Source: Malacoraja senta
Lineage: Eukaryota
Direction of reading: 5' to 3'
DNA: 64,000 bases
Assembly (NCBI GenBank): GCA_038087875.1
Contig: CM075981.1
Span: 66,464,001 to 66,528,000 of the forward strand
Part shown: in pieces, positions 26,130 to 36,920 of the stretch
How positions within the stretch are numbered: the first letter of the stretch is position 1
How the letters are laid out: every line of letters starts with the position of its first letter
Made by a program: the position numbers and the translations under genes
Notes under the pieces: model-generated
The model's database searches: none
What the model saw: the letters and a program-made list of their open reading frames with translations, nothing else
What the model was told of the DNA's origin: nothing

Positions 26130-26820
26130 AACACGGCACGGAAACAAGCTCTTTGGCCCATCAAGCCTGCACCTACCAACAACCACCCATTTCCCTTAAT
26201 CCTGCTTTATTCTTTTTTTTATTCAACCCATATTCTCATTAACTCTCCGCAGATTCTACCACTCCCCTATGCACAGAATCAAGTTTACAGTGGTTGGCTA
26301 ATCCACCAGGCCACATGCCTTTGGGATTGGGAGGAAACTGGAGCACCAGGAGGAAATTCCCAATCAGAGAGATGTTCCCAATCACAGAAAAAATGTTCCC
26401 AATGTTGGGCGAGTCCAGAACCAGGGGGCCACAGTCTTAGAATAAAGGGGAGGTCATTTTAAAACTGAGGTGAGAAAAAACTTTTTCACCCAGAGAGTTG
26501 TGAATTTATGGAATTCCCTGCCACAGAGGGCAGTGGAGGCCAAGTCACTGGATGGATTTAAGGGAGAGTTAGATAGAGCTCTAGGGGCTAGTGGAGTCAA
26601 GAGATATGGGGAGAAGGCAGGCACGGGTTATTGATAGGGGACGATCAGCCATGATCACAATGAATGGCGGTGCTGGCTCGAAGGGCCGAATGGCCTCCTC
26701 CTGCACCTATTTTCTATGTTTCTATGAGATCATGCAAACTCCACACAGAGAGTACTCAAGGTCAAGATTGAACCCGCGTCTCTGACGTTGGGAGGCAACG
26801 GCTCTACTAGCTGCACCACT
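26130..26820 (-). mobile_element. V-SINE interrupted by a young CR1 3' end (+, ~26375-26725)
   Basis: SINE head at 26725-26820, body at 26130-26370; CR1 FTQRVVNLWNSLPQ and tttctatg tail between them. Confidence 0.85.
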
Positions 26821-26959
26821 TACTAAACTTGCCTGCCTCTCTTCTATTTTATCCATTAAGACATACTTTAAAATCTATTTGTCCGGCAAGCCTTTGGTTA
26901 TCTGTGCCTCTTTATTTGTTTAGCATCAGTCTTGTTTGATAGCACTGTGGAGAGGTGGC

Positions 26960-27515
26960 ACGAGCTTTCACTGTGTGATGAAGAGAGTGAGGTGAAGGTT
27001 CATCAGATTGTTTCCTGAAATGACAGGTTTATCGTCAGCCCGGAGATTCAGCAGGCAGGGCCTGCGCTTCCTTGATGTTAGAATAATGAAAGATGATCTC
27101 ATTGAAATGTGCAAAATTCTTACAAGTGTTGACAGGGTAGATGCAAGGATGATGTATCGCTGGCTGCGCTGTGTTGAAGCAGGGGTCACAGCTTCAACAC
27201 AAGAGGGAGGGGGTGGCAAAGCATTAGATCCGTGATGAGAAGACATCTCTTCACCCAGATCATGGTGAACTCCTCGGAAATCTTTAAGCTAAAGTGGTGC
27301 GGAGGCTCAATTGGTCAGGAAATTCAGGATAAAGATTGATTATCGTGATTCACACGATTTTTGGATATCGAGTGAAACAAGGGATGTGGGATTAATGCAA
27401 TTAATTGCAATAAATTCTCTGCAATTTATTCTCCCTCATATGGAAGTAAAAGATCAGCCCTGGCAGGCAGGCATGAGGGGCCAAAGGGTCTGTCCTGCTT
27501 CTTATGACCTTATAT
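26960..27515 (+). mobile_element. Old CR1 3' fragment
   Basis: RIMKDDLIEMCKILTSVDRVD. Confidence 0.7.
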
Positions 27516-27689
27516 GACAGGTGCTATATAATTTCAATTTGTTGTCATTCCAGCTCCTGGGGGAGTAGGGCACTGTCCAAAAACATGCCAAAAAAAACCA
27601 CAGCGAGATATACTTTTCACTTCTGGCCCATTGTCTATATTTGGGATGCCGCATAGCAGAAATGCTGGCATTCTGTGATTTATTCCCGA

Positions 27690-27920
27690 TGCCCTGCCTC
27701 CCTTTGTAAAAGAGACACTAACCTAGGACCCTTCCTGGTCTCCCAGGCGGACATAAGGGATTGCATATTACACTTCTGAAGAGGAGAGGTGAGTTTCCTC
27801 CAGTGTCCTGGCCAATTGCTACCCTTGAACCAACAACACCAACATTGCTTGGTCGTTATCACTGTGGGATCTTGTTCTATGTAAATTGGCTGCAGCATCT
27901 CCTCTGTTACGTCAGTAATA
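27690..27920 (+). mobile_element. Deu-domain SINE (SacSINE1-like) fragment
   Basis: ...gaagaggagaggtgagtttcctccagtgtcctggccaat...tgtgggatcttg...aaattggctgc resembles the shark DeuSINE body (from memory); antisense relatives at ~29890-30090 and ~62645-62930. Confidence 0.55.
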
Positions 27921-28199
27921 AACTCTCTCCCTGACAGCACCGTGCGTATACCCACACCTCAAGGTCTGCAACGGTTCAAGAAGGCAGCTCACCACCACCT
28001 TCTCAAGGGCAACTGGGAATGGGCAATTAAACGTTGGCTCAGCCTGCAGAGCCAGATCCCTTGAATAAAGATGGAAAAAAGAATCAATGCAAGAGTTTAG
28101 AGAAGGATCCCGATCCCTGAAGGATCCCTGAAGAAGGGGCCCGACCTGTGATGTCACCTATCCTTTTTCCCTATAGATGCTGACTTACCCGCTGTGTTA

Positions 28200-28524
28200 A
28201 GGGCCTGTCCCACTGTACGAGGTAATTCAAGAGTTCTCCCAAGTTTTCCCCTGATTCGAACTTGGAGAATGTCCGTAGGAGTTCGTAGATGTCTCGTAGC
28301 GGCTCGTACGAGTAACGGTAGGTATTCGGGAAATCCGGTAAACTCGTGACGTTTTTTCAACACTGTGAAAAATGTCCACGAGTAAAAAAATACTCGTAAT
28401 GAAAAAAATAGTTACTGTTTACTCGTACGAGCCGCTACGAGACATCCACGGACATGGTCCAAGTTCGAATCAGGGGAAAACTCGGGAGAACTCTTGAATT
28501 ACCTCGTAGAGTGGGACAGGCCCT
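28200..28524. mobile_element. PIF/Harbinger-type MITE inside a PLE-derived short element (~28125-28553)
   Basis: TIR AGGGCCTGTCCCACT extending ~70-80 bp; TTA TSD at 28197-28199 and 28525-28527; removing it restores host gtgtta|ctccag. Confidence 0.88.
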
Positions 28525-28999
28525 TTACTCCAGTACTTTGTGTCTATCTTCAGTGCAAGGGTAGTTAGGGTAATGGAAGTAAGGCAGATGGAAGTGGTGA
28601 GGTTATCTAGCTGATTGGGGGAACAGGCGAGAGGTATTCGATGGTTTACCTTTGTTCCAGTAGAATTAACTGCAATGTGCATGAGAATAAAGGGTGTGCA
28701 TATCGATGAGCTGCTCGTCAGATTGCCTTCCCCTGACTGATTGCACATCCATTCACCATATAATCTCAGTTAAATGGGGCACAGACATACAACCATCACA
28801 GCAACAGCTGCACTCTCAATCCCCCCCCCCCCCCGCCACCATGGACCGATGAAATAAGAAGATTTAGAAGTACCAGGGGACGGAGGAGTCGGTGAACCAC
28901 AATAATCATCTTTAAAAGGGAAACAGCAAGAGAGTTTGCAATTGGCACCTTCCCCAGCCTCAGGAAATCCCAAAGTACCTTGCTCACTAATTTGTTGTG

Positions 29000-29296
29000 G
29001 CACAGAGGAGGCCATTCAGCCCAAAGTGTTCCTACCAGTTCCCAGCAGAGCGATCCCATCAGTGTGGATCCCCCGCTCGTGTCCCTCTGTCTCTGCAATT
29101 TATCCTCTCTCACATGCCATCAACTCGGCTTCCTTCAGGGAATTCATTCTCAGCAGTCACCACGTCTGTGGGATGTGGGATGGCACCTGGGGAAATTCAC
29201 GCAGTCTTAGGGAGAGCGTGCAAACTCCACACAGACAGCACGGGTCAGAGAGCTGAGACATTGTGAAATCTGTACTTGCCGAACCATTGTGCTACC
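29000..29296 (-). mobile_element. V-SINE, old copy
   Basis: gcaaactccacacagacagc V-domain in antisense. Confidence 0.65.
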
Positions 29297-30479
29297 CAGA
29301 GCCAATTATGTGCTTCTGAAAAGCAGTCACAGATGTATAGGAGCTAACATGCTGGCCAATATGTGTATGGAAAGATTCCATGCATTGTAACATCATGATG
29401 GTCAGAAAATGCCTGAGCAATTCAATGCAATTGAAAATGCACTTTTCCCAGTCTCAAAAGCAATTCCCAGTCATTTACATTAGTCCAGTGATCCTGCCCA
29501 ATCCCAAGTCCTGATTTCAGCATGTACAGCACCTCATAGGGGACACTGTTGTCAGAATCAGCCCCCGTTTTCCCAAGGCAGTCATTTCAGAATGAATCAA
29601 TTTTATCAATGTGGCACTGAACTGGACACCACTAAGAATCTCTTACTATTCACACCCACATTTGGCACCTTAGTATCAGCATCCTCTCACCTATCTACCC
29701 CTGATCCCTCCCCATCTCAATTAACTTGGCCCCTTACCTTGTCTGCACCCCTAACTGGACCTTCCAACCCCTAATGGCCCCAATCCTCTGAGGCTCAAAG
29801 ATTCTGACCAATCCTAAACCCCCAAGGTCCCTGATTACCAAAATCCCTCACCAAATGCACCAATTCATTGCAACACCAATCCAAGGTTTCAGTGCACTTT
29901 AGAAACCCTTGCCTAAGACACCAGGGAGAATTTTTCAGAATAGTGGCCAAAGTCCAACTGACATGGCAGGTGGGAACTTTGGGTTCACCAGGTATTTAAA
30001 AGATGGCATCTCTGACAGAACAGGACGTCTTCAGTGTTACCCTGGCGTGCAAGTCCAAATTGTGCAGTCAGGAAAGCTGGGAATGGAATGATAATAAATT
30101 ATCTTCAATACATCCTTACCAAAGAGCCCTTTGAAAATGTGCTGCCCCTGGTGTAATTAATAAAGAACACTCGAGCGAGAGGCTGCAGCATGTAATAGAA
30201 TTGGCAAGCAGGGAACAGATCCATCAGAAAACTCAGTCGGTTCTCTGCAGGCAGAACCACAGTGAAACCTCTTAATTAAAGGAAATGGCAAAGGTGAGGA
30301 GAAGAGATCCACAGAAAGGGCCCTAACTGCACACAGATTAGGACATAGGAAATCCAATTAGCTGAGCATATTAAATGAACCCAGGTTAGGGAGGTTTTGC
30401 ACAGAGAGAGGCCTGTAATTTTTCAGTGAGGAAATCTCTCTCATCGTTCTGTGTCCGGTCAATGGGTCAGGGAACAGGT

Positions 30480-30912
30480 CAACGAGAGGGAGGAGGAGAT
30501 TGCTGAGGATGGAAGAGCAGCTAAAATAGAAGACAAGGAGAGCGACGAGGAGGTAGATACAGTGACATGGGAGGAGGAAGGAGTAAGGGAGGAGGGAAGG
30601 AGCAGGAGGATTCAGGGAATAGGGAAGAGATGGAGGAGGAGTTGGGGAGGGTGAGGGAAGGAAGGACGGAAGGAAGAGAAATAGACAAAGAGGGGAAAGG
30701 GTGGGAATATGAGGAGGGAGGAAGGTGTGAATGAGGGGATGAAGATGGAGAATGGGTGCTGGAGGATAGTGTGGATGAGAGGATGGAAAAGGAGAAGAGT
30801 GGAAGGAGGAAGGTGTGGATGAAGGGATGGTGATTGAGGAAAGGAGAGATGTCGGAGGAGAAAATTGCGGAGAGCAGAGGGAGAGTTAAACAGGAGGAAG
30901 GGGCTGGGAAGT
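30480..30912. repeat. Polypurine (GA-rich) low-complexity tract
   Basis: ~430 bp dominated by G/A. Confidence 0.85.
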
Positions 30913-31524
30913 AATAGGTTAGCATTCACAATCAGTCCCAGTCTTGGCTCTAGGGATGGGAGGGATTGCAGAGACTTCGTGACAACCCACTCTGACAGCT
31001 TTTCATCTGGAAATTGAACGGAAATGTAACATGTGGCGAGATGAATTAAATATTTTAAAATCCCTTGGAACAGTTATCGAGCTGTTTCGTGTAAGCTCTT
31101 TGAATCGAAAGACAAGGGGACTCATTTTGCAGCTTTTTAATGTCTTTGCGAAGTTTGATGGTAATTTTTGGAGTTTGCATTCCCACTGGAGTCTGAGTCA
31201 GGCAATTTAGCTGGACTCGGAGCCTGCAGGGGAGGCTGCCCGAGGAGCAGCCTGCAGGAGATGAAACTCCTTCAATCCCCCGCCACTGAGCTGCTTTCAA
31301 TATTGATGAATTCTTTTTAAACGGCTCTGTGAGATCCGTCTAGTTATTCTGACGGCCTTCAGACAGGCAACAATCAGTAATCAAAGAGAGAAAGGCTTGA
31401 TTTTGATATCCCTATCACTACCTCAGGTCCCCAGTGCAGTCTAATTTGGTAGGGCTTTTGTTACCATGTAGAAAGATGGCAGCCACTTTGTGTGCAATAG
31501 ATGAATAGGCCAGTAAGTCAACCC

Positions 31525-31630
31525 ACTGCCCTTTCACCCCTGGGCCAGTGAATCAAAACACTGCCCTTTCACCCTGGCCCAGTAAATTAAGACGCAGCCT
31601 TTCATCCCTGGGCCAGTGAGCCAACACACT
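31525..31630. repeat. ~34-bp minisatellite (cactgccctttcacccctgggccagtgaatcaaa); more units at ~32607-32658
   Basis: Three units before and ~1.5 after the CR1 insertion. Confidence 0.75.
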
Positions 31631-31639
31631 ACCACAGAG

Positions 31640-32480
31640 TCACACTGACATAATGCACACAGCCAGGCCATTCAGCCCATCGATAATAATCCCATTTGCC
31701 TTCATTAGGACCGTGTCCTTCCATGCCTTGCCTATTTAATTGTCTGTCCAGATGCCTCTGAGACATAATGATTGTATATAATTCCACCACCTTCTCTAGC
31801 AGTGAGTTCAAGATATCAACCACTCTCTATGTAAAATACATCTATCAGTTCCCCTTTAAAACCCTTTCCTCTCAATTTACACCAATACCATCTTGAATTT
31901 AATATCCCTGCGGTGGGAAGAAAGATTCTGACATCTGCCCTATTAATGCCTCCGATCATCTTATATATATATATATATCTACCAGGTCACCCTCGACCTC
32001 CTATGCTCAAGACAAAATTAGCATTACTAAAGTCCTCAATCCAGGCAACATCCTGGTGGACATCCTGGTGAACCTCCTCTGCGCTCTCTCGAGTGAAACA
32101 ACATTCTTCCTATAGTGTTCAGAACTGCACGCAATATTCTGAGGGCGGTTTAACCAGTGTTTTGTAAAGTTGCAACATAACATGTTGGGCCTACTCTTAT
32201 ATTCTCTTATATTCCGTGCCCTGACCAGTGAAGGCATGCTTGCCATAAACCACCTTCACCATCCAATTGTCTTGCCACTTTCTGTAAACTATGGACTTGG
32301 GCCGCATCAATATTCTTCAATGCCCTACCATTTACTATATATTTCCTACCCGGTTTTAAATGCACCACCTTGCAAGTGTTGGGAATTAATCCCATCTGCT
32401 GGTGCTTTGTCCAAATTTCCATCTGATCTGTTTGTGCTGCAGCCTTATACAACTTCTCTCACTGTCCACAACAACGTTAA
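31640..32480 (-). mobile_element. CR1 RT-3'UTR fragment
   Basis: LERAQRRFTRM and CKVVHL motifs; 3'UTR in antisense. Confidence 0.8.
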
Positions 32481-34379
32481 CTTTCATATTGTTCCCTTTC
32501 GAAATGGTGCATTTTTAAGGGAAGGAGAAGGACTGGCAAGAATGTAGTTTTTATTCAATTGAGACTTGCATGTTATTAAAAAGAACGGTGTAAAGTGAGA
32601 GGAAAGACTTTTCACCCCTGGGCCAGTGAGTCAACAGACTGCCCTTTCACCTCTGGGTTGGAGAATCTCGCCTGTGATGGAAAATGCTGAATGAGAGGAA
32701 TGTGGAGGCTTTTTAGTGCGTTTGATTCTTCATAGTTCAGCCTCAATCAGTTGCGCTACCTCATCAGTATGCAGGGCAGTGAAAGAAAGTGTGCTCTGGT
32801 GCAGCACTGTAACTCCGATTTAGTGTTGATCATCCCCACCTCTGGCCCACCAGGTGAGAGGTCTGATCCCCACTCCGTTCTCTGCCAATGATTATGGAGC
32901 CCATCGAACTCGACACTCTTGGGTTGGTTAAGGGGCATTTACCTGGACCTTTGAAACAGGTCTCCAGCAAGAACTAGTGAGGACTCAATGATGTAATACA
33001 TGTAGTACAGATCTTGGGGGTCACTACAGGTCACAAGATTGGTGTGGTGGGAAATATGGAGCGACACAGACTGAAGCTATTTTTTTGCAGGAAATATATG
33101 CTGCACTGGACCAAAGAGTCGTGGAGTCACACAGATAAATGCCCTTCAGCCCATTGAGTGTGCCCACCGTCAACTACCCATTTACACTAATCCTACTTTA
33201 ATCTTATTTTATTCTCCCAACTTTTCATTAACACCTCCTCCCATCCTGTTTCTACCTCTCATCTACACACCAGGGGTAATTTACCTCAGCCAATTAGACT
33301 GCCTCTTTTTCCAGCAAACCATTATAACTCATGAGTTGGAAGGATCTGCAGATGCTGGTTTACACCAAAGATAGACACAAAATGCTGGAATAACAGCTGG
33401 GCAGGCAGCATCTCTGGAGAGAAGGGATGGGAGAAGAAAAGTCACCCATAAAAACTCATGTCTCTTAAGTCCCTATCCACCTTATTTGTCTATCAATACC
33501 ATCTCCCCCGACTCTTAAGCCCTCTGCTAATAGAATCAATTTGGCCTGAACACTTGCGCAATGTCCTGTTCGAGTTTGAATGTCTCGGGTAAACATTCTT
33601 AACAATCTCGCTTCTAAAAGAAGCCAAACCAATGTCCCAAGGGTCTGGTATAACTCTCTACTGCACCTACAATATGATTGATGTTGATAAGACAGGAAGT
33701 TGCTTCCTTAGCATTAGAGACCACATGGAGACACTGGAGCATGTGACCAGGGGGGAATGTGGCCCAAATGTTAAAATAACTGGCAGCTGACAAAATTCCA
33801 GCAGCAGAGTTTATTCTATGCAACTACGCAACGAGGCCTCTTCTTAATAGTCCTTAACTGAAAGCCTAGTGCAGACGGAGGAGACAGGGAATGTCAGTGT
33901 GTCAAGGACAAAATACACAGAGACAGGTAGAGAAACTAATCCAAAAAGAGAAGAGCGCTGTGTGAGGCAGGCCCAAAATGAGACAGGCAATGACAGGTAG
34001 GCTTCGGGAATAGTGAGGAGTCCCTCCGGACTTCACCAAGAGGATCTTTGTCAAGTGATCCAGTCCAATGAGAAGCCAGTTTGTCAGCATGATTATCAAT
34101 GAAGTGTCACAGCCTGACACTTCATAGTTGGAGATGACAAGAGAGAAGCTGGGGATGAGAAAGATCGAGACGCGGAACGGGGAAGGGCTGCCGAGAGACC
34201 GAGATGGATAAAGTTTGCCAAGAGAGCGGATGGGAAAGGGAGACAGAGCGAGGGGGAGAGCGCGCGACGATGAAAAATTGGAGGTCGGGGAATTAAGTTA
34301 TACCATTTAATTGGCAGAGTGAGATTTTGAAAGAGAGTGAAAGAAGGAGAAGGAGTGAGGGTGAGGCATTTAGAAAGGA

Positions 34380-34615
34380 CATACAAGACACTGCAGATGC
34401 TGGAATCTGGAGCAAAAACAAACTGCTGGAGAAACACAGCAGAGCTGGCCGCATCTGCGGAGGCAGAGGGATGGCCAATATTTCAGGCCGAGACCCTGCA
34501 TCAGGATCTGATGCAGATTCCTGATGCAGGGTCTTAACCTGCGATGTCAGCCATCCCCCCTGCCTCCACAGATGCTGCCTGACCCACTGAATTCCTCTAG
34601 CAGTTTGTTTTTTTG
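34380..34615. mobile_element. PLE-derived fold-back element, CTGATGC core variant
   Basis: Inverted arms around accctgcatcag...ctgatgcagggt. Confidence 0.75.
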
Positions 34616-36807
34616 TGCCTGCATTTTGATAGCCAGGCTTTGGACCCAGGTTATGGTAACTAGTATGGCTGGAATGAATTTTGTCCAATGTCGGGGGAAA
34701 GGTCATAGAGCAATTGTTGATGATAATTTCTATATCTTGATTTTTTCATTATATGCAACAAAGAATTGACTACGTGGAACAGGTCTGAAACATATGTTGG
34801 TGATGAGATTTCTTTGCAATATTGTTATCCATTCAGCCTGTACATTGTTCTTCAGGCTTAATCGAGGTGTATCGATGGAGCCTCTCCCACTGTGATTACA
34901 GAGGGTGCACATAAGAAAGTGAGGTGGATGGTGAATGCTAAAGATAAAGAAGAAAGAGTGAATGAGATAGCAGTAATAAGAAACGAAAGAATGAATTAAT
35001 ATAAATTCATGCTGGACTCAAAATGTCCGCACGTCACGATCGGCCATGTACCTCCACTCTGAAGTTGGTGGTGGGCTTCAGCACTGGTTTAGCACAATTA
35101 CTGCACACACTGAGTCCCCAAGCAAAGTCTGCAACAGGGCACTTCATGGCAAGGGTACCAGAGTGAGTCTCTAAAGTGTGATAGCCACAGGGTAACACTG
35201 CCAAGTACCGCAGGAGCTGACCATAGGTTTCATCTTTCCTTGCAAGAAGCCGGCCACAGAGCCCTGACATTGTGTAGCTCGAACTACAACCAAGGGCGAA
35301 ATACGCCACAGTGCTTCAGCGTGTCTCCGGAACTGACCGCACACCAATAACCCCCGAACAAGACATACGAGCAAAACCATGACACCTATTAAAGCTTGCT
35401 GTGAACCTGTCAATCTTCCTTCCTGATAGAGGATGCCATGTGTCACAGGCATAATTGGTTGTGATGGACAGGTGTCAGTTTGATCGGGACTCACTAAACA
35501 ACAGACCCACATCCGCAGTGTCAATAACAGGAAGGAGTTTGAGTTATTATTGTAACAAAAGTGTTTTGCCTGTAGCTTGAGATTTATGAGTTCCATTCTG
35601 ACGAACCGTGCTGCACAATATAATTGGGAGTAAAATTGCAGCCGGCAAAAGAGCTGGATTAAAATCAGAAGATAGACCCATAAATCATCCCACCTAACTC
35701 AACACACCAAACATTTTGGACCCGCTGGAGTTAAGATGCTTGATAAATCCCTGTGTCGGTGGCGTGCTGTTCCTTCATTCCAGCCAAGGTTCAGTTTTGT
35801 TTGAAGGATCAGGACATGAGTCAAAGTTGATGAAGAAAATCTCTGTAACGGCAATGCCAATCAATGATAGGCGCAGCTGGCCAATTTAAAGGAGACCCTC
35901 CCTCCCACTGGTGCCAGCCTAAACGAGCCCTCATTGTGGGTGAGATGACCATCTTAGAGCTGCACCCTTCACTTCTGATCTGATCGGCTCTGTTGAGAGG
36001 CACAGGCTAGGTACTGACAAACACCGGGGAAAGCATTGGCCTCTGCCTGGTTCTCCACCTGTGTGCTCATGGGAGGTTGGGTCTTAAGCTCTTTAAGCCT
36101 ATTAAGACCTTGGGCCATGGAAGGAAGGCTCTTGCAGCTCTTGAGAGTGGACTCATTTATTGCTGGGCCTCATCAGTGAAGGGGCAGCAGGTTGCCCTCT
36201 ATTTATCCCCACCTCACCCTACCCCACCTCCTCAACAACCCAAGGAAGTCATACTCTCCAGCAGGTCACAAGTAAGGCTGTTTTTCCCATGGCTGATTAC
36301 ATGCATGTGTCACAGCAAACCCAAGGATGCCCGCACATCCATCCTTTCCAGACATCCCTCGCACCTAACGTAACTGGATAACACTTTTTCTCCCCTTCTC
36401 TTGCCACCACTTGGGTTTTGAGGCTAAATGGATGATCTTACACCTGGCTTATCATGGTTGTGCATTTACCCATTGAGCCATCAAGAGCACTAGAGTCTGT
36501 TTTGCAGATCGATAATTACTCACATTACAATTAGATAATGTCTTATACGTGATCGTATGGTATCAGGATTGTCAGGGAAACATGGCTTCATTCTCATGGA
36601 AACAGATTATATGTGTATATTTCTATGGACCAGGCCAAAGACCAAACCTTAAAGTAAGCAAAGCAAAGAAATTAAAAGAAAAATTTGGACTTACCGTTTC
36701 AATTTCGTTGTCCAATCGAAGATCACACTTTTACAATGGCTTGTCGTCAGAATGAAAATGGCTGTAAATCTCCAAAATGCACCAGTAAACTCAATGAAAT
36801 GGCATCA

Positions 36808-36920
36808 CATCACTCAAAATGGCTGCTGCATCACTCAAAATGGCTGCTGCATCACTCAAAATGGCTGCTGTATCACTCAAAATGGCTGCTGCATCACTCA
36901 AAATGATTGTGTCACTCAAA
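36808..36920 (+). repeat. 21-bp minisatellite catcactcaaaatggctgctg (4 near-perfect + degenerate units)
   Basis: Units start at 36808, 36829, 36850, 36871 and 36892. Confidence 0.95.

Noticed and set aside
30451-30929. Ser/Pro/Leu- and Glu-rich ORFs
   Set aside because: Low-complexity polypurine tract
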